DNA from: Lytechinus pictus
Lineage: Eukaryota
Assembly (NCBI RefSeq): GCF_037042905.1
Contig: NC_087263.1
Location: 7,752,001 to 7,816,000 of the forward strand
Reading direction: 5' to 3'
Length of the DNA stretch: 64,000 bases
The translations under genes were made by a program, and so were the position numbers. The notes beneath the pieces were generated by a model. That model made no database searches, had not been told where the DNA came from, and was given only the letters and a program-made list of their open reading frames with translations. Positions 38,001-51,887 of the stretch are shown here, piece by piece; within the stretch, counting starts at the first letter, position 1; each line of letters starts with the position of its first letter.

Positions 38001-41000
38001 GCATAGCAGAGTGAGACTATAGGCGCCGCTTTTCCGACGGCGACGGCGGCGGCGACGGCGGCGGCGGCGTCAACACCAAATCTTAACCTGAGGTTAAGTT
38101 TTTGAAATGACAGCATAACTTAGAAAGTATATGGACCTAGTTCATGAAACTTGGCCATAAGGTTAATCAAGTATTACTGAACATCCTGCCTGAGTTTCAT
38201 GTCACATGACCAAGGTCAAAGGTCATTTAGGGTCAATGAACTTAGACCATGTTGGGGGAATCAACATCAAAATCTTAACCTAAGGTTAAGTTTTAGAAAT
38301 GTCATCATAACTTAGAAAATATATGGACCTAGTTCATGAAACTTATACATAAGGTTAATCAAGTATCACTGAACATCCTGCATGAGTTTCACATCACATG
38401 ACCAAGGTCAAAGGTCATTTAGGGTCAATGAACTTTGGCCGAATTGGGGGTATCTGTTGAATTACCATCATAACTTTGAAAGTTTATGGATCTGATTCAT
38501 GAAACTTGGACATAATAGTAATCAAGTATTACTAAACATCCTGTGCAAGTTTCAGGTCACATGATCAAGGTCAAAGGTCATTTAGGGTCAATGAACTTTG
38601 GCCAAATTGGGGTATTTGTTGAATTACAGCCATAAATTTGAAAGTGTGTTGGTCTAGTTCATAAAACTTGGACATAATAGTAATCAAGTATCACTGAACA
38701 TCCTGTGCGAGTTTCAGGTCACATGATCAAGGTCAAAGGTCGTGTAAGGTCAAAGAACTTTGGCCACGTTGGGGGTATTTGTTGAATTGCCATCATATCT
38801 CTATAAGTGTATTGGTCTAGTTCATAAAACGTGGAAATAAGAGTAACCAAGTATCACTGAACATCTTGTGCGAGTTATAGTAGTTTTCAAAATCAGCACT
38901 GCTGCTATATTGAATCGCGTGATGCAGGTGAGACGGCCAGAGGCATTCCGCTTGTTTGTGATTTAGTTTCATATAATTGTAAGAGAAATTGCATCAAAAC
39001 TCATGCCAAAATAAAAAATAATGAAGTATTTTGCACAGAGAGATGCATGAGATGGTGATATAGTCACTCCAGCTAGCAAGGTTTATGATTTGATTTCTTA
39101 GGATTGTTATGTTAATGCTGAAATAACAAAAAATTATGAAGACAAAAATTGGAAAACAGTATTCAATTGAAAAACCTAAATAGGTACATGTTTGTGATTT
39201 AACAATCAATATCAATATGAAGGTGAAAGGGAAACATCAATAAAGTTTGCAAGAATACCAACTTACAACTATTGATTTGATTTAATTTGATGGTAATATA
39301 ATTTTTATCAAATTGTTATTGTAATTTGTTAATCATTATTATGAATATAATTTTTTCCATAGCGAGTGACCTTCATTGACCCTAAGAAAGGCTTAGGAGG
39401 TCCAGAGGTCATCCCAGAGACTGTCATTGTTGAGGTCCCTGCTCCAAAGCCCCCTTCAGCTGATAAGACTGTATGGACGCATGAACCGGAATATGACTGG
39501 TTCTTTAATATCAAGGTAAGCACATGGTTCCTAGGAAAGTAAGTTTAGATGTAGGTCCTCTTGTCGCCTCTTAGCAATCAGGGGCTGTATTGTGAACATT
39601 GTCTTTTTAAAATATTTAATAATTTCTCAGAGATATGACAGAATCGGTATAATGGTGGATGTCATAACTTATTCCAATACCATGGCGACTCTTATGTCAA
39701 GCATACAGTGGTATTTAAATTAGATTGTTGTATTGATTTCACTCATCATCCGTGACTATTTTCACTATTTTTCCATGCTACAAGTACATATCAATTCCTT
39801 TTTTCCCTTGTTTTTCCTTTTTTCAATCTCTCTTCTAAAAATCCTTCTCAGCTCCCTGTCTCTTTCAGTAATTAAGAGCATCAATAAGTACGCGCATTTC
39901 TTCCTGATAATCAGTTGGTTTTAATGAAAGTAGAAAAAATAGAGAATATTGGTGAAGGTTTGATGAAAATCTGTCAAAGAATGACTAGTTATGAACTAAT
40001 AAACATTGATATTGTGACGTTACAGACAAGCAGCTTCTCTGTATATCATGTCATGCCATATAAAGTCCCCCAAAATGCTATTTTCTCAGAAACTTGAAAG
40101 TGATTTTAGTTTAGTATTCTTCATTTATCTCCCTCTTCTAATCTGATCTTAGGTCTTCCATCCGGTTGGTATTACAGGACCAGACATCAAATGCAGTATT
40201 AACTTCAAGAAAGATTTCAAGAAGACTGAGTTTTATGCCAGACCCTTGTCTAGGGGTAACAAAATTTCCTTTAATTTATTATGAAGCCTTACAACATTGC
40301 TTGTAGTAATTGATGTGAATCGGGGGGGGGGGGGGGGGGAGGGATACAAATGCTTATTAATGGGAAAATTCCCATTCACTATCATATTTATATATGGCCT
40401 TGAGGGGAACATCAAATATTTTGCCAGCAAAAGAATCATATTGGCCCAAGTCTTTAGACGAGGGCAATATGGGTCTTTTAAGGGCAATATATTTGATGTT
40501 CCCTGAAAGAAGGGCCAGTCAATATTTTTTTTATCATCTAAACCAGATATCTAGAGCAAAAATAATGATAATGGTGATATTTCTTTTAAGAATAGAGTTC
40601 TATCGTGTCATGTGAAAGGATTCATCAAATATAACAATAACATTATAAACCAAAATATAACAAAAATCCATTGAAATAATGATGTGAAGAATGTTTGCCC
40701 ATGGAATCCACATCCTTGTCAACTGACATCACATGATTGATTGAACCTCTCAGGTCTGAGTGGAAGACGTTCGCAGGTGCGATCCGGGCGAGGCATGATC
40801 GGATCCAAGATAGGAAAGAACAACCAACCGTCAAAGTCGGTCACTCTTAAGTTACCAGATGAGAGAAATATTGATGATAGGTGAGATGTTGTGACTTACG
40901 TACCCATTGGCCGGAATTCACAAAGGTGGTTTTGAAAACCCACGGTTGAATCCATGGTTTATGCGGATTTCCTGTAAAAATTACGCTTAATTCAGCGCAT

Positions 41001-44000
41001 ATCAGGCGCGTGTATAAACAATTTTCAATGCTGATGCACGGTTTGTCACAGTGCGCCAAATTGACGCTATTTTATTCATGAGTCCACTGTTTTAAGAGTG
41101 GACTCATTCATTAAAAACAGTGGACTCGTGAATAAAATAGCGAGGATAACCATGGCAACAGGCGTCAATTTGGTGCATTGTGACAAAAGCTCACATCAGC
41201 ATTGGACATTTAATAATATACGGGGTAAAATAAGCATAATTTTTACAGGAAATCTGCATAAACCATAGATTCAACCGTGGGTTTTCAAAACCACCTTTGT
41301 GAATTCGGGCCTATGATTCTCAAACATAAGACGTTTACATCGCTTACATTTGTAAGAGCACAGGGTTTAAACTGATTCAAGACCACCAAGGCCGTGGCGG
41401 TGGATGCCCTGTTAACTTGCCTCGATGCCCCTTTCATCGGCCTTGTAGATTTGTTCTACGCTTTGTGTAGAAATGTAGAAATATGGCCTCTAGACAAGTG
41501 GCCTTTAGAAATGTTGCCTTGCCCTAGAATATCTAATTATGTACATTGTATAAAATAGATAGAAAAAAAAAATTGGGGAAAAATAGGAAATGATACTATA
41601 TTTATGTTTTATCTGATTGCTCTGCTTTTATTAAAACGGTCTTATTATCATCCTGTTTAACAACAACCAAAGCAAATGTTCCTCCCAAGATCGGTCTACT
41701 TTTTGCTCTACATGTATAATTCATTTGTCTTTTGCATGTACCAGGTGGCAGAACCTTGTCTTCCCTATTGGTGATAGTCCTCTCTTCAACATGGAAGATG
41801 AGCTCACAAAGAAAGATGAGGAAGCAGATCAAGCGAAAGAAGGAGAGAAAGACAAAAAGAAAGAGGTAAGTTTAATAATACATATAAGTGGTGATATATC
41901 AAGGCCCGGATGGGTGTTTCATAAAGCTGTCTGTAAGTAACGAGTGACTTTTCGAACAACTTGTGATCCTTTCTCAGGAACTAAATCCACACTAATGAAA
42001 ATTTGGTGCGCATAATTTTTCCCAAGAAAGGATCACCAGTCATTCATGAAGTCCCTTGTAACTTACGAACAGCTTTATGAAACACCCACCTGGTTGGTTG
42101 GTTTTTATTCAGGATTAAAAATGCATAAATATAAACAAAATAAACATAACATGATCAAATAATTAAAAAAATATAACAATGTAACAATAATCAAACTTAA
42201 CAATGCATGTAATACAAAATCGCAGGGATAGACCCGTTTCAGATTGGCTATTAATAGCCAACATGTTCTTCCCCGGGGTCCCTAACCTGGACTCCTGAAA
42301 CACAGAGCTTAACTTCTGATCATATGGCTGATCTTTACAATTGGTTTGCAGTGGTCATTTCGTATGGTCCTTCTCTAAGCTTTATGGTGCCACAACCATA
42401 TGGAAATCCATCTTTGTCATAATTTTTCCTACAGGAAATTTGCCCATTGTCCTTTGTAAACAAAGTGGAAATGTTAAGAGAATGATGAATATACATCATA
42501 TTTGGAAAACATTTTGAACAAACCTGCATTTTAGATGTTGGCGTTGCTGGCTCTCCATAGCAGCGGTTTATCAGATCAATCGCAACTCTTTATAAGACGG
42601 GGCCCAGTTGTTGTGTTTCCATTGAATAACGTTCCCTTTGTGAAACATGTATTACATGGATCTCTCCTGGGTCCTGTAACCCAAAGGTTAGCGATTAATC
42701 ATACGCTTGATTTTCACGATTGATTGTGTATTGAAGTCAATGCAATCAATCGTAGAAAATTTTCTATGATCATTGCTAAGCTTTGTGTTTCTGGCCCCAG
42801 AAACACCACAGGATCATAAAGACCCCTTTCTGTGACATTCTTGGGTGATCGTCATAATTATGCAGGTTCTCTGTATTAGAAAAATAATATCCTTCTTTAA
42901 ATTTTTCTGAAGCCTGAGGAGGAAGATGCGGAGGAAGATGGAGGGGATGATGGGAAGGATCCGTCTAGGGTCCAGTCCGGTCATTCTACGGTATCATCAC
43001 TAGGAGGAGAGATGCCTCTTAAACTAGGTGTCCACCAAGGGCACCTGGATGAACTCATCGCGATGGGGAACATAGACCTTGCTGACTTACGCGGAGAGGT
43101 AAGGATAGTATTGTTGGTAGTGATGATGACGATGATGTTTGTCCTGGGGTGACCTGACTTCACAAATTCTTGTGGGTTCGAAATGCTGAATAGACCAATC
43201 TTCACCTGAAAATATCTGTTGCAGTGTGGACAAGCAAAAGCCGGCAGTGGGGCAGGCACAGTGATGGCATTTGCTCTGTCTTTTCGACGCTGGCGTTTTT
43301 GTTCTTGCTTGTCCACACGTCTTGACTTGTAGCCTGACACACCAGCCCTAACCATGGTGCGCCAGGCAGAACGGTCCTCAGCTGCATTATTGCATAACAC
43401 AACCTCATCGTAGTCAAAGTTTTTTTTTTAGATCGGGATATGAAAAACATGATTATTATTTGCATTTTTTAAGTTGAACACATTTCTTTGGTCTCCAGAG
43501 ATTTGACTGAGGGAGACTTATCATACGGGGTTCAAGCCTTATTCACCCCCCCCAATATACCCCCAAGATCCCTTGAACACCACAGGTGCCAAGTTCATAC
43601 AAAGAGCAGCTACATGTATGCGTGAGATTTTGTGTGACTTGGCAAGAGATTGCAGGCATTGTGTATAATATGTATGGGGATAGGCTGTGATACATGTAGG
43701 CATGAGAAGGATATTTTGGGGGATAAGCTAGAGTCCTAAAGGCGGGGTCTGACGCCTAAGGTGTGAGACTCCTGTATTCTTGAAAGAGATTCAATTGTGC
43801 CATGGTACAAAACTATGGACTGTGCAGATTTTGTACATAATTACTCTTATTTCATCACATACATTAAGAAAAATCCAGTTAAATGTGCACTCTTCGCAAA
43901 GGTCGCAAAAAATGAAGTGCAATGACACAAGAAATCTGCATGAACCATGGCACAATTGAAACCTCTTTTGAGAATACGGGCCAGTATGTCTAGAACACTA

Positions 44001-47000
44001 AAGACGAGGCCCTGCAAAGTTCATAAGGCTCAATGTAACCTGTGGTACAATGTAGCATATTTTGGATGGTGAGCTTAAAAACTAACCTTATAATGTTTTT
44101 TGTAATTTTTTTAAACTGAAGCAGTGCAATAACTACCTTTGTGCTTTGTATTTTTTTTTCCCCCTCCAGGACATCCCTATATTTGAGAGTGCAGAAGAGA
44201 CAGGCGAGACCCTCCCTCACACATTCCCTATCTATCCCATCAAGCCTAGCAGGAAGCTCAAAGCTAGCCCAGAGGCTCCGGTCGGATCTCTTCCTATCAT
44301 TTTCTTCTACACCAGAATTCACAAGCCCTTCACGTTTGAGAAAGAATCAGGTATGGTGTATGAATGATGCAAGTATGGATACTATCTTTAGGGTGCCAGC
44401 TAACATGGTAGCTGAGACAACTCGGCCCCGCTGAAAGATTAGGTGCCGAGTTGTCCAAAATAGGGATGTATTACAACTCTTTGTATTGAATTCAAATTAA
44501 TTGCAATGTCTTTTACCATGATTTAATTGATTTGTGTATTTTAGTTTCAATCTTACCTTAGGGTTATGGTTAGGTTTAGGGTTAAAGTTATGGTTAAGGT
44601 AGTTAAGATTGATGATGGACAACTTGTCACCTAGCTTTTCAGCACGGCCGAGTTTTCTCAAGGTCTGAGTTGAACTGGAACTTAGCTCTATTAGCAGATC
44701 ATTGTTTTGGCGTAGTTAAGAATTTATTGGATTACTGTAACTGCCTTTTAACATCTATTCCCAAGTGTATTTGAAGTCACTACGAAGCTTCCAAAACTCG
44801 TAACCCACATTATCTTGCACAAGTAGACTTACATCATGATTTTGGTCTTTTACTAAAAGACCAAAATCTAAACCACATAAACCACTTAACCTCTTTTACT
44901 TAAAAAAACAAAAATAAAGACTTGGCTGGAGGCTGGAACCCCCAACACGCCCCTCTCAGCCTAGTTGTGGTAAATGGAAGTTAATGAAATCAAGTGCTTG
45001 TGGCTATAACCCCTAATACTTTGTTCACATTTACAGAGACTGCTAGTATTACTGAGATTGTAGAAGATTTGACTGGAGTTGATCTCAACAAGATGAAGAA
45101 AGAAGATCTTAGTATCAACAAAGAATATGATGAAAGATGCCTCTCAGCCATGACTATTAGGTCAGCCACCCCTTCAGAAAAACCAGTAAGTTCCTTCGCT
45201 CATTACTGGCAATTCTATACAAATGTACATCTGACCCCATTTTAATTTATTTATTTACGCTTTTTGCTTACTTCATGAGTGTTTCATAAAGATTTATGTG
45301 TGATGACTAAAAGTCACACATAAATTTCAGTTGCGTGTAATATATAAGGCATCACTGCTTTGGTCAGATCATAAGCAGTCTGGATATAGACTACTGGTTT
45401 CCATCAGTCAATGTAATTGTGGGTAGTATATTAAGTGAGGGGTTCGGTGGAGGGGGATGTACCTATATTAGTCTTTTTTATGTTTTATCTATTCATTCAT
45501 TTTCCATTTGTTTTTAAACCAGGAAATGGTCCCCAAGGCTGAACTTGATATAGTCATTGAACAACATAATCAGGAGCTGACAGTCCTAACAGAAGACTTT
45601 GAGTAAGTTTAAAAGAAATTTAAATTTCAGTGATGAAATACATGCAAGAGGAACAACCAGTTCTGTCAAATATCTGTCTACAAATATACATACATTTTTG
45701 TTATTCCATTTATTTAATTTATTTATTTATTTCCACCAACTTCCAGTAAGTGATAGCCCAACCTTAACCTGGGGGTAATATTAGTTGTGCTTTATATCCC
45801 CTAGAAAAAAGTATTCAATAGATCCAGCTATCATTATTATCATTATTATTATCAATGTTTTGTCAAATTTTCCCCTATTGAACAGAGTGTAAAATGATAT
45901 GATTTGATTGTTTTATGTTTAGATCTCGGATTCGTGATTTGGCTGCAGCGCTTGAAGCAGTGCAGACTGAACAACTTAACTTACTGAGTGGAGCACCACC
46001 GGGTCAAGGAGGTAAGATATAAACAATGCATCCCAGAAAAAACGAAAAACCTAGAGTAATAATAATAATAATAATAATGGTGGCTACTTATATAGCGCAC
46101 AGGTCCACCTTTCGGTGCTCATGGCGCTTCAAGGAAAATAAACACAAAACACAACAACTATAGAAAACAACAAGAATGGAATTTGAATTCTCCTGAATAA
46201 ACACAATATTAAAGTAGTGATATTTTATCATAACTTGAGAAGATAAGATTAGATAAGATAGGATCTTATTGAACTCTACCAACCCTCTATCAGGAGTATG
46301 AGAGTCGCAACAAGAACTAATTGACAAAACAGAATTTGTGTAGAAAAAAATTGAACATAATACATTAATGAATATGTGAATAAAAAATTGAACATTTTTA
46401 CAGTAATGAATTTGTGTATGAAAAAATTGAACATATTTACAATAATGAATTTGTGTAAAAAGGAATGAATATATTTACAATAATGAGTTTGTTTGTATAA
46501 AATTGAACATATTTATCTTAATGAATACACATGTTTGATTGTGAAAGTACATGTTGCAAAAGGCGAATATAACGTCATGAACGATAACAAAACCTACTTC
46601 CTATTATTGTGTTTGCACAATTACATTGTAAAACACACTGATTGTCTAACCACCCTGGCACTTCAATTAAATTTACTCTGGTAACAGTATTATCATCAAG
46701 AAAGCTTTCATCAATAAATTATTTAGAGAAGTACAACATGAGAAATACTTATAAATTTTTCTTTTTTTTCAAATGAAAAAATATCATTGGTAAATGACAC
46801 AATCTCTTCTTGTGTCTGAGTCAATAATCATTTGAATATTTATGCATGTTTTATTAAAAAAACTGAATAATTAGACGAGTCAGAAGAAAGAGTTATGGAG
46901 ATGGGTAAGAGAGTGATGGTTAGGGGTTTAGGGTCTCTCTGGTTTTCAATGTTTGGGGTTCAGTGTCTCTTTGGTGTTCAGTGTTTAAGGTTCAGTGTCT

Positions 47001-50000
47001 CTATGGTGTTTAGTGGTTGGTGATTTCATGTTTAGTGTTGTTTCTGGTGTTGGTGTTTGAAGCAGCATTTTCATTGCTTCCATACCTCCAACACCTAATC
47101 TGAGTTAAAAAAAAAGTTGCAAATCACATTATTAGATAGTTTTCAGACTGCAATGCAAAACGAATTCAAGAACATAGTAAATGTATTGCAAATGCATGTC
47201 AAATGACGATGAACAGCTGGGAGGTCTTTGTTGAGATTTGGTGAACCAGAACAGCAGTTTCATCCTACGTTTCGGAGCTGACAAAAAATTACAAATATGT
47301 CGTTTGTGTAGAGTCCAGGACGAAACTGCCAGTTTGACTCTCCAATTTTCAACAAAGACTTCTTGGTCGTGCTTTGTCATGAAGTGCATTTGACCGTACA
47401 TTTTCATGATCTTGTATCCGTATTGGCTCAACACCAACAGTTCAGCACTAAACCTGAAATCACCCAGCTTCTCTTTGGTGTTAGGAGGGTGTTTCATAGG
47501 GTTATCATTTTTTTTGTTTATCAAATCGAATTACAGTATTTTACAGTTGTTTTTAAACTTGATAATGAGTCTCTGATATCAGGAGCATGAAGTGCTTGAA
47601 TATATACCCTTCAAACCGAATGAACAAACTATGTGAAAGGCTAAATAATAAAGTGGATATGATTTAAGTAATATCTTTGTCAAGCACAATAGTTGGTAAA
47701 AGTTTTCCTTAATCCAAACTTGAATTGATAACTTTAAGCCTGGATCTTACTGTTGGTGTGTGTGTGTGTGGAGGGGTATTGAGCGAAACACATTTATTAT
47801 ACTTGTTTAATGTTTATTTGCAATTATCTTCACCTAACTGTATTGTTACATTAGAGGTAGGTATTTTCCTTTAATAGCACAAGGCTTTATTAGATAGGTA
47901 CCTATCACACATCATTGGTTAGTTCAACCTTGAGGGATACTAATAGACAATCTTTCCAAAGAGATATTTTCGTAAAGAGATTCTGATAGAGTGCATTTTT
48001 CGTTCCACAATCTCACAATCTCTTTTAATTATAGGGTTGAGGTTTTAGTCTCTTTTTTTTGTTGCTTGACATTTCTTTGCACAAATAGTTCAGAAGATTT
48101 CCATGAGATGATTCACGATCCTGTTTGAAGCTGTAGTTCAAAGCAATTAGCAAACTTTATGAAATACTTCAAAAGTGTATTGATTGTTTTAAGTAACCAA
48201 TGGTGTTGATTTTAATTTTATGTATTATTATTATTATTGTTGTTATTATTACAATATTTAATTATAGTAATAATATATATCATTTATGAGGTGCTGATTT
48301 ATCTAATTTCCTATTCAATGGCACACTATATATTACCCCGGCTGTAGCTCCAGCTGCTAAATGCGCTTGGTGCATTCAAGGAATTAATCCTGCCGGGTAC
48401 CCATTAACCTCACCTGGGTTGAGTGCAGCACAATGTGGATAAATTTCTTGCTGAAGGAAAACACGCCGTGGCTGAGATTATAAAAATGCATAAAACAACT
48501 ATTTTTGACGCGCTGTGGAGGCACCACAGGGAAAATCATCTATCATCATATATCATCATCTTCATTATTATTATTTTGTTTGCAGTTGCTACTTCAAGAT
48601 CACCCTTCAGAGGTTGGACACCTGGTAAGGACAGTCAGCTAGTGGTCCCTCAACCTCCGGACAAGGATCGGTCAAGCAGTAAGAAGAAGGGCAAGAAAAC
48701 TGGGTCCAAGTTACCGGAATGGGGGAGTGACTTGCCTAAGGATGTGAGTTGGATTACTCTTTAATTTCAATATATACTCATATTTTATTTGAAGATAAAT
48801 GAAATTAGATGCATTAAACACTGATTTCATGAGAAAATCTGTAAAACCAAGGTAAACTGTTACCATATCATCCTAGATCTAGATCTGGGCCCCGTCTTAC
48901 AAAGAGTTACGATTGATATGATCAATCGTAACTCTATGGAAATCCATAAGGGTCATAATTTGTTCTCCAGGATTCTTGCACAATGTCCTTTGTAAACAAA
49001 GAGAAGCACAGTGAATTTTCAAGAAAACAATGAATGCATGAAATATGCATCATAGTTAGAAAATATTTTGAATAAACATGCATAATAGATGTTGACGTTG
49101 CTGGCCGTCCATAGTCGTGATTGATTGGATCAATCGTAACTCTTTGTAAGATGGGGCCCTGGTGCAGTTACATAAAGTGAACTTTTGGAAATCATGAATT
49201 CTAAAGCTGAAAAAAGACCATACTAAAGATTGCCAACACAGCTGAGCACATGTGGGTCAATGTATTTTATTACTTGGAAAAATACCTAATTTTTAAAAAT
49301 TGAATGGCATGCTTATTTTTCTAATATCTCAGCAATACACAATTTCTTTCAGAATACTTATATACATGTTTTGTTTTTTATACAAACTGACACGTAGGTG
49401 GTCATTTTATTGTATTCTGTAAGAAATCATTTTGAAATCATTACCACAACTGGCATTAATTGTTATATTACTTTCCTCTTTGAGATAATAATGAAAAAAA
49501 TCCTAAATACATATAATTGAAAAACCAACAAACAAGGTCCCATACCGTAATTCAAATAATGTTCAACCCAAACTGTTTACTATTTTTCTCAAATATATCA
49601 TGCATAGAGCCCTCATGGCGTTATGTGTTAACTAAGAATTGTATTATAATTGTGTTTATTATTATTATGTACTTGAAAAGAAAACTTGAGTATGTATATA
49701 TGTAAAATGTTACAAATGAGTTCAGTAATCATGAAATTGCTAATTTCGCTACAACACCAATTGTATAGTGATATGACTGGATATATATTGATATTCAGTA
49801 TTGCTTAATTTGTATACCATGTATTTGCATTGGTCTTGATCATCAGCGAGCATTGACTTCCCTTTCATTGGACAATAAATCAAATCTAATCTATAATATT
49901 ATGAAATATTTTTGTGCAGTTCTTGGAGCGTTTGCAGATGTTCAACGAGGAAAGCGAGAAGAGACGACAGGAGCTTGAGAAGAAAACCAAGAATGAAGTT

Positions 50001-51887
50001 AGCAGCCATATTGAGAAGCAGTTAGCTGGGACGTATAAACTTAGCTTACAAGACACACAGAGTCCCGATGCTACCAAAGGTAAAGAGATTTGAAATTTTA
50101 TTGTAGAAATCGTAAAGGCCTGAATTCACAACGGTAGTTTTCATTATACCTTGGCAAAAACCATGAACTACATGTATGCTGATTTTGAGTACATATACAT
50201 GTATCATTTCATCGTGTACACTAAGAAAAGTCCAATTATAGAATGCACGCTTTGGGCAAAGGATGCTTAATCATGCTTAAATGAAAAGCAGTAAACAAGA
50301 AATCTACATGTCAACTATAATCCATGGTTTTGTACCATGGTACATTTGAAACTGCCTTTGTGAATTCAGGTCAAAGGGTGACGACATCGGCATAGCTTAT
50401 GGAAGTAATGCCAAAGAATAAGAAACAGTTGCCCAGGCTATGTATAACCTCATTCTTGTCATAGCCAAATTCTTGTAAGATTTTGATTTTTAGAATGGAA
50501 AATTTAGCCATTTCAAGCTCTTTCACTGCATTTAAAGATGAATTCACCATTAACAGTGTTAATTATTCGATGATTAAAAAAACATTGTTTCCGTCTTGAA
50601 AACTGGGGGTCATTGCCCTCTTCTCCGGGACCCCAGTTCCGCCACCGAAGCCGGTCAGCTATATATCTCTTTCTATTTTTTGTAGATATCAGCTTGCCAG
50701 CAGTCTTCATGCCTACTCGGACCGGTCAGCTATACAATCCAAGAGCTCATCATTACTTCCATCCGTCTGGTTCGCTCGGTCATCTCAGACTCACTCAACC
50801 GCCTTCAATCTTTCAACTGCCTCCGTTACCAGCAAAACATGTATCCTTAATATGACTTCCTTTTTTTTTTTTTTTTAACTTGATCTCACTGAAAGATAAA
50901 CCCTGATACTGATAAGAAGTTTACAAAATTGAACAAAACTTACACATGATTCTAAAACTATAAATAAAGGATATCTGTCAACCAATTTCCAAGAAAATGT
51001 ATTGATACAGAGTATTGATACTCTGTATCAATACAGAGTACCGGTATTGAGCAAATGGAAATCAGAAAAATTACTGAGAAATCCTGCCCGTTTATAGTGT
51101 GGTCCCATGTGGTCTTTCCCGTGTCAGCTACTACACTAGTAATGAAATGAATATGATTTCAAGCGCGCTTGAATTATTTCAATTAGACCTTTTAGTTCTT
51201 AGTAAGCATTCTGGTGTATTATTAACACTTTAGGATATAGCTTCTATTAATTTCCTATCGAAATTAGATTTCTAAATCAGAGCTTGATCTTAGCTTTAAC
51301 GTTTCCCACCATGTTATAAAATAAACTCACGAAGATAGAGACCACATCACGTTATGTACTTGGTTTTCTGAAATGCCAATCCTCTGGCCTTCAGTGCTGT
51401 AAACATAACATTTTGTGTTCTTTGGCGACATTTTTTTAACGTATGACAAAGCAGTTGTAAATAATAGAAATCTTTAATAAAAAAACGAGGTTTCCATAGA
51501 GATAAAGCTTGAAAAACACATGAGAAACCCTTCAACCAATGTTTAAATGGCAGATTTCAACCATACACAGGTTTTTCTGGTGGATTTTACTTTGATTTTC
51601 ACGAATTCAAAATCTTTGACCATATTGTGTTTTCTGTGAAATTTTGAGAATTCTGTGTCCTCGCTCTTGTTTTCCTTAACACTGATATTTATTTTCAGAA
51701 AATGTCTGTGATCAACCTGTTTGACATCAGAAAGAGCATGAACTGGGCGATGACAGAGGATTGGACGAATCGCATCCCGCAAACTCCTGCAGAACTCCTA
51801 GAGAGTACCCTTCACCCTGGAACACCTATGACTAATAATACTGAACCTCGAGCAAACATCGCTGCCACCGATGATACAAGACAGTAG
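32027..51887 (+). CDS. Uncharacterised 19-coding-exon gene, 875 aa; N-terminal helical/coiled-coil region, acidic linkers, beta-rich middle, C-terminal coiled coil and Pro-rich tail
   Basis: Phase-consistent GT-AG exons: 32027-32140, 33310-33401, 34687-34855, 35920-36050, 36747-36885, 37841-37972, 39363-39515, 40153-40255, 40754-40880, 41745-41865, 42913-43098, 44170-44350, 45037-45185, 45523-45602, 45923-46011, 48586-48743, 49920-50079, 50686-50840, 51699-51887. They sum to 2628 nt in one open frame (MDEEVDIK...WEEKSAALKKLHNDYESK...MMWEKLFSKV...GHGRRWKFL...LPAVFMPTRTG...DDTRQ*). An in-frame TAA lies just upstream of the ATG. Confidence 0.88.
33405..33805. repeat. Three ~133-bp tandem repeats starting at the exon 2 donor
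   Basis: Anchor aagaa(t/c)tcaa at 33405, 33539, 33671; shared ctcatctg.acatt and ctgaaaataat.atatct. Confidence 0.85.
33806..34046. mobile_element. Foldback MITE with 4-bp AAAT TSD
   Basis: aaat|aggggagatcggggttagttg ... caactaaccccgatctcccct|aaat; almost fully palindromic. Confidence 0.85.
37991..38956 (+). mobile_element. Non-autonomous Helentron/HINE (DINE-1-like) element with internal tandem repeats
   Basis: Subterminal IR gtctcacctgcat (37992) / atgcaggtgagac (38922), short partner gtgagac (38011), (GGC)n microsatellite 38036-38069, five ~163-194-bp repeats (ctagttcatgaaactt...ggtcaaaggtca), T-rich insertion site. Confidence 0.8.
40909..41311. mobile_element. Palindromic PIF/Harbinger-like MITE
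   Basis: ggccggaattcacaaaggtggttttgaaaacccacggttgaatc / gattcaaccgtgggttttcaaaaccacctttgtgaattcgggcc. Similar GG(G)C-ended MITEs at ~32166-32368, ~41902-42090, ~42668-42798, ~50116-50372. Confidence 0.8.
43185..43390 (-). mobile_element. RTE-clade non-LTR retrotransposon fragment (ORF C-terminus)
   Basis: AAEDRSAWRTMVRAG...KRQRRK...FACPHCNR...KIGLFS matches the RTE DRxxWR motif and C-terminal zinc-finger region. Confidence 0.75.
46560..48130 (-). mobile_element. Probable degenerate L1/Tx1-like LINE remnant
   Basis: A-rich minus strand with broken ORF1-like reading (LSQYGYKIMK...VFVENW...ICN.C..C) and ORF2-like patches; many stops and frameshifts. Confidence 0.35.
48887..49160. mobile_element. 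PIF/Harbinger-like MITE; second copy at ~34903-35170
   Basis: gggcccgtcttacaaagagttacgattgat ... atcaatcgtaactctttgtaagatggggccc. Confidence 0.8.

Noticed and set aside
41146..41159. X-box-like GATAACCATGGCAAC
   Set aside because: Inside an intronic MITE with no promoter context.
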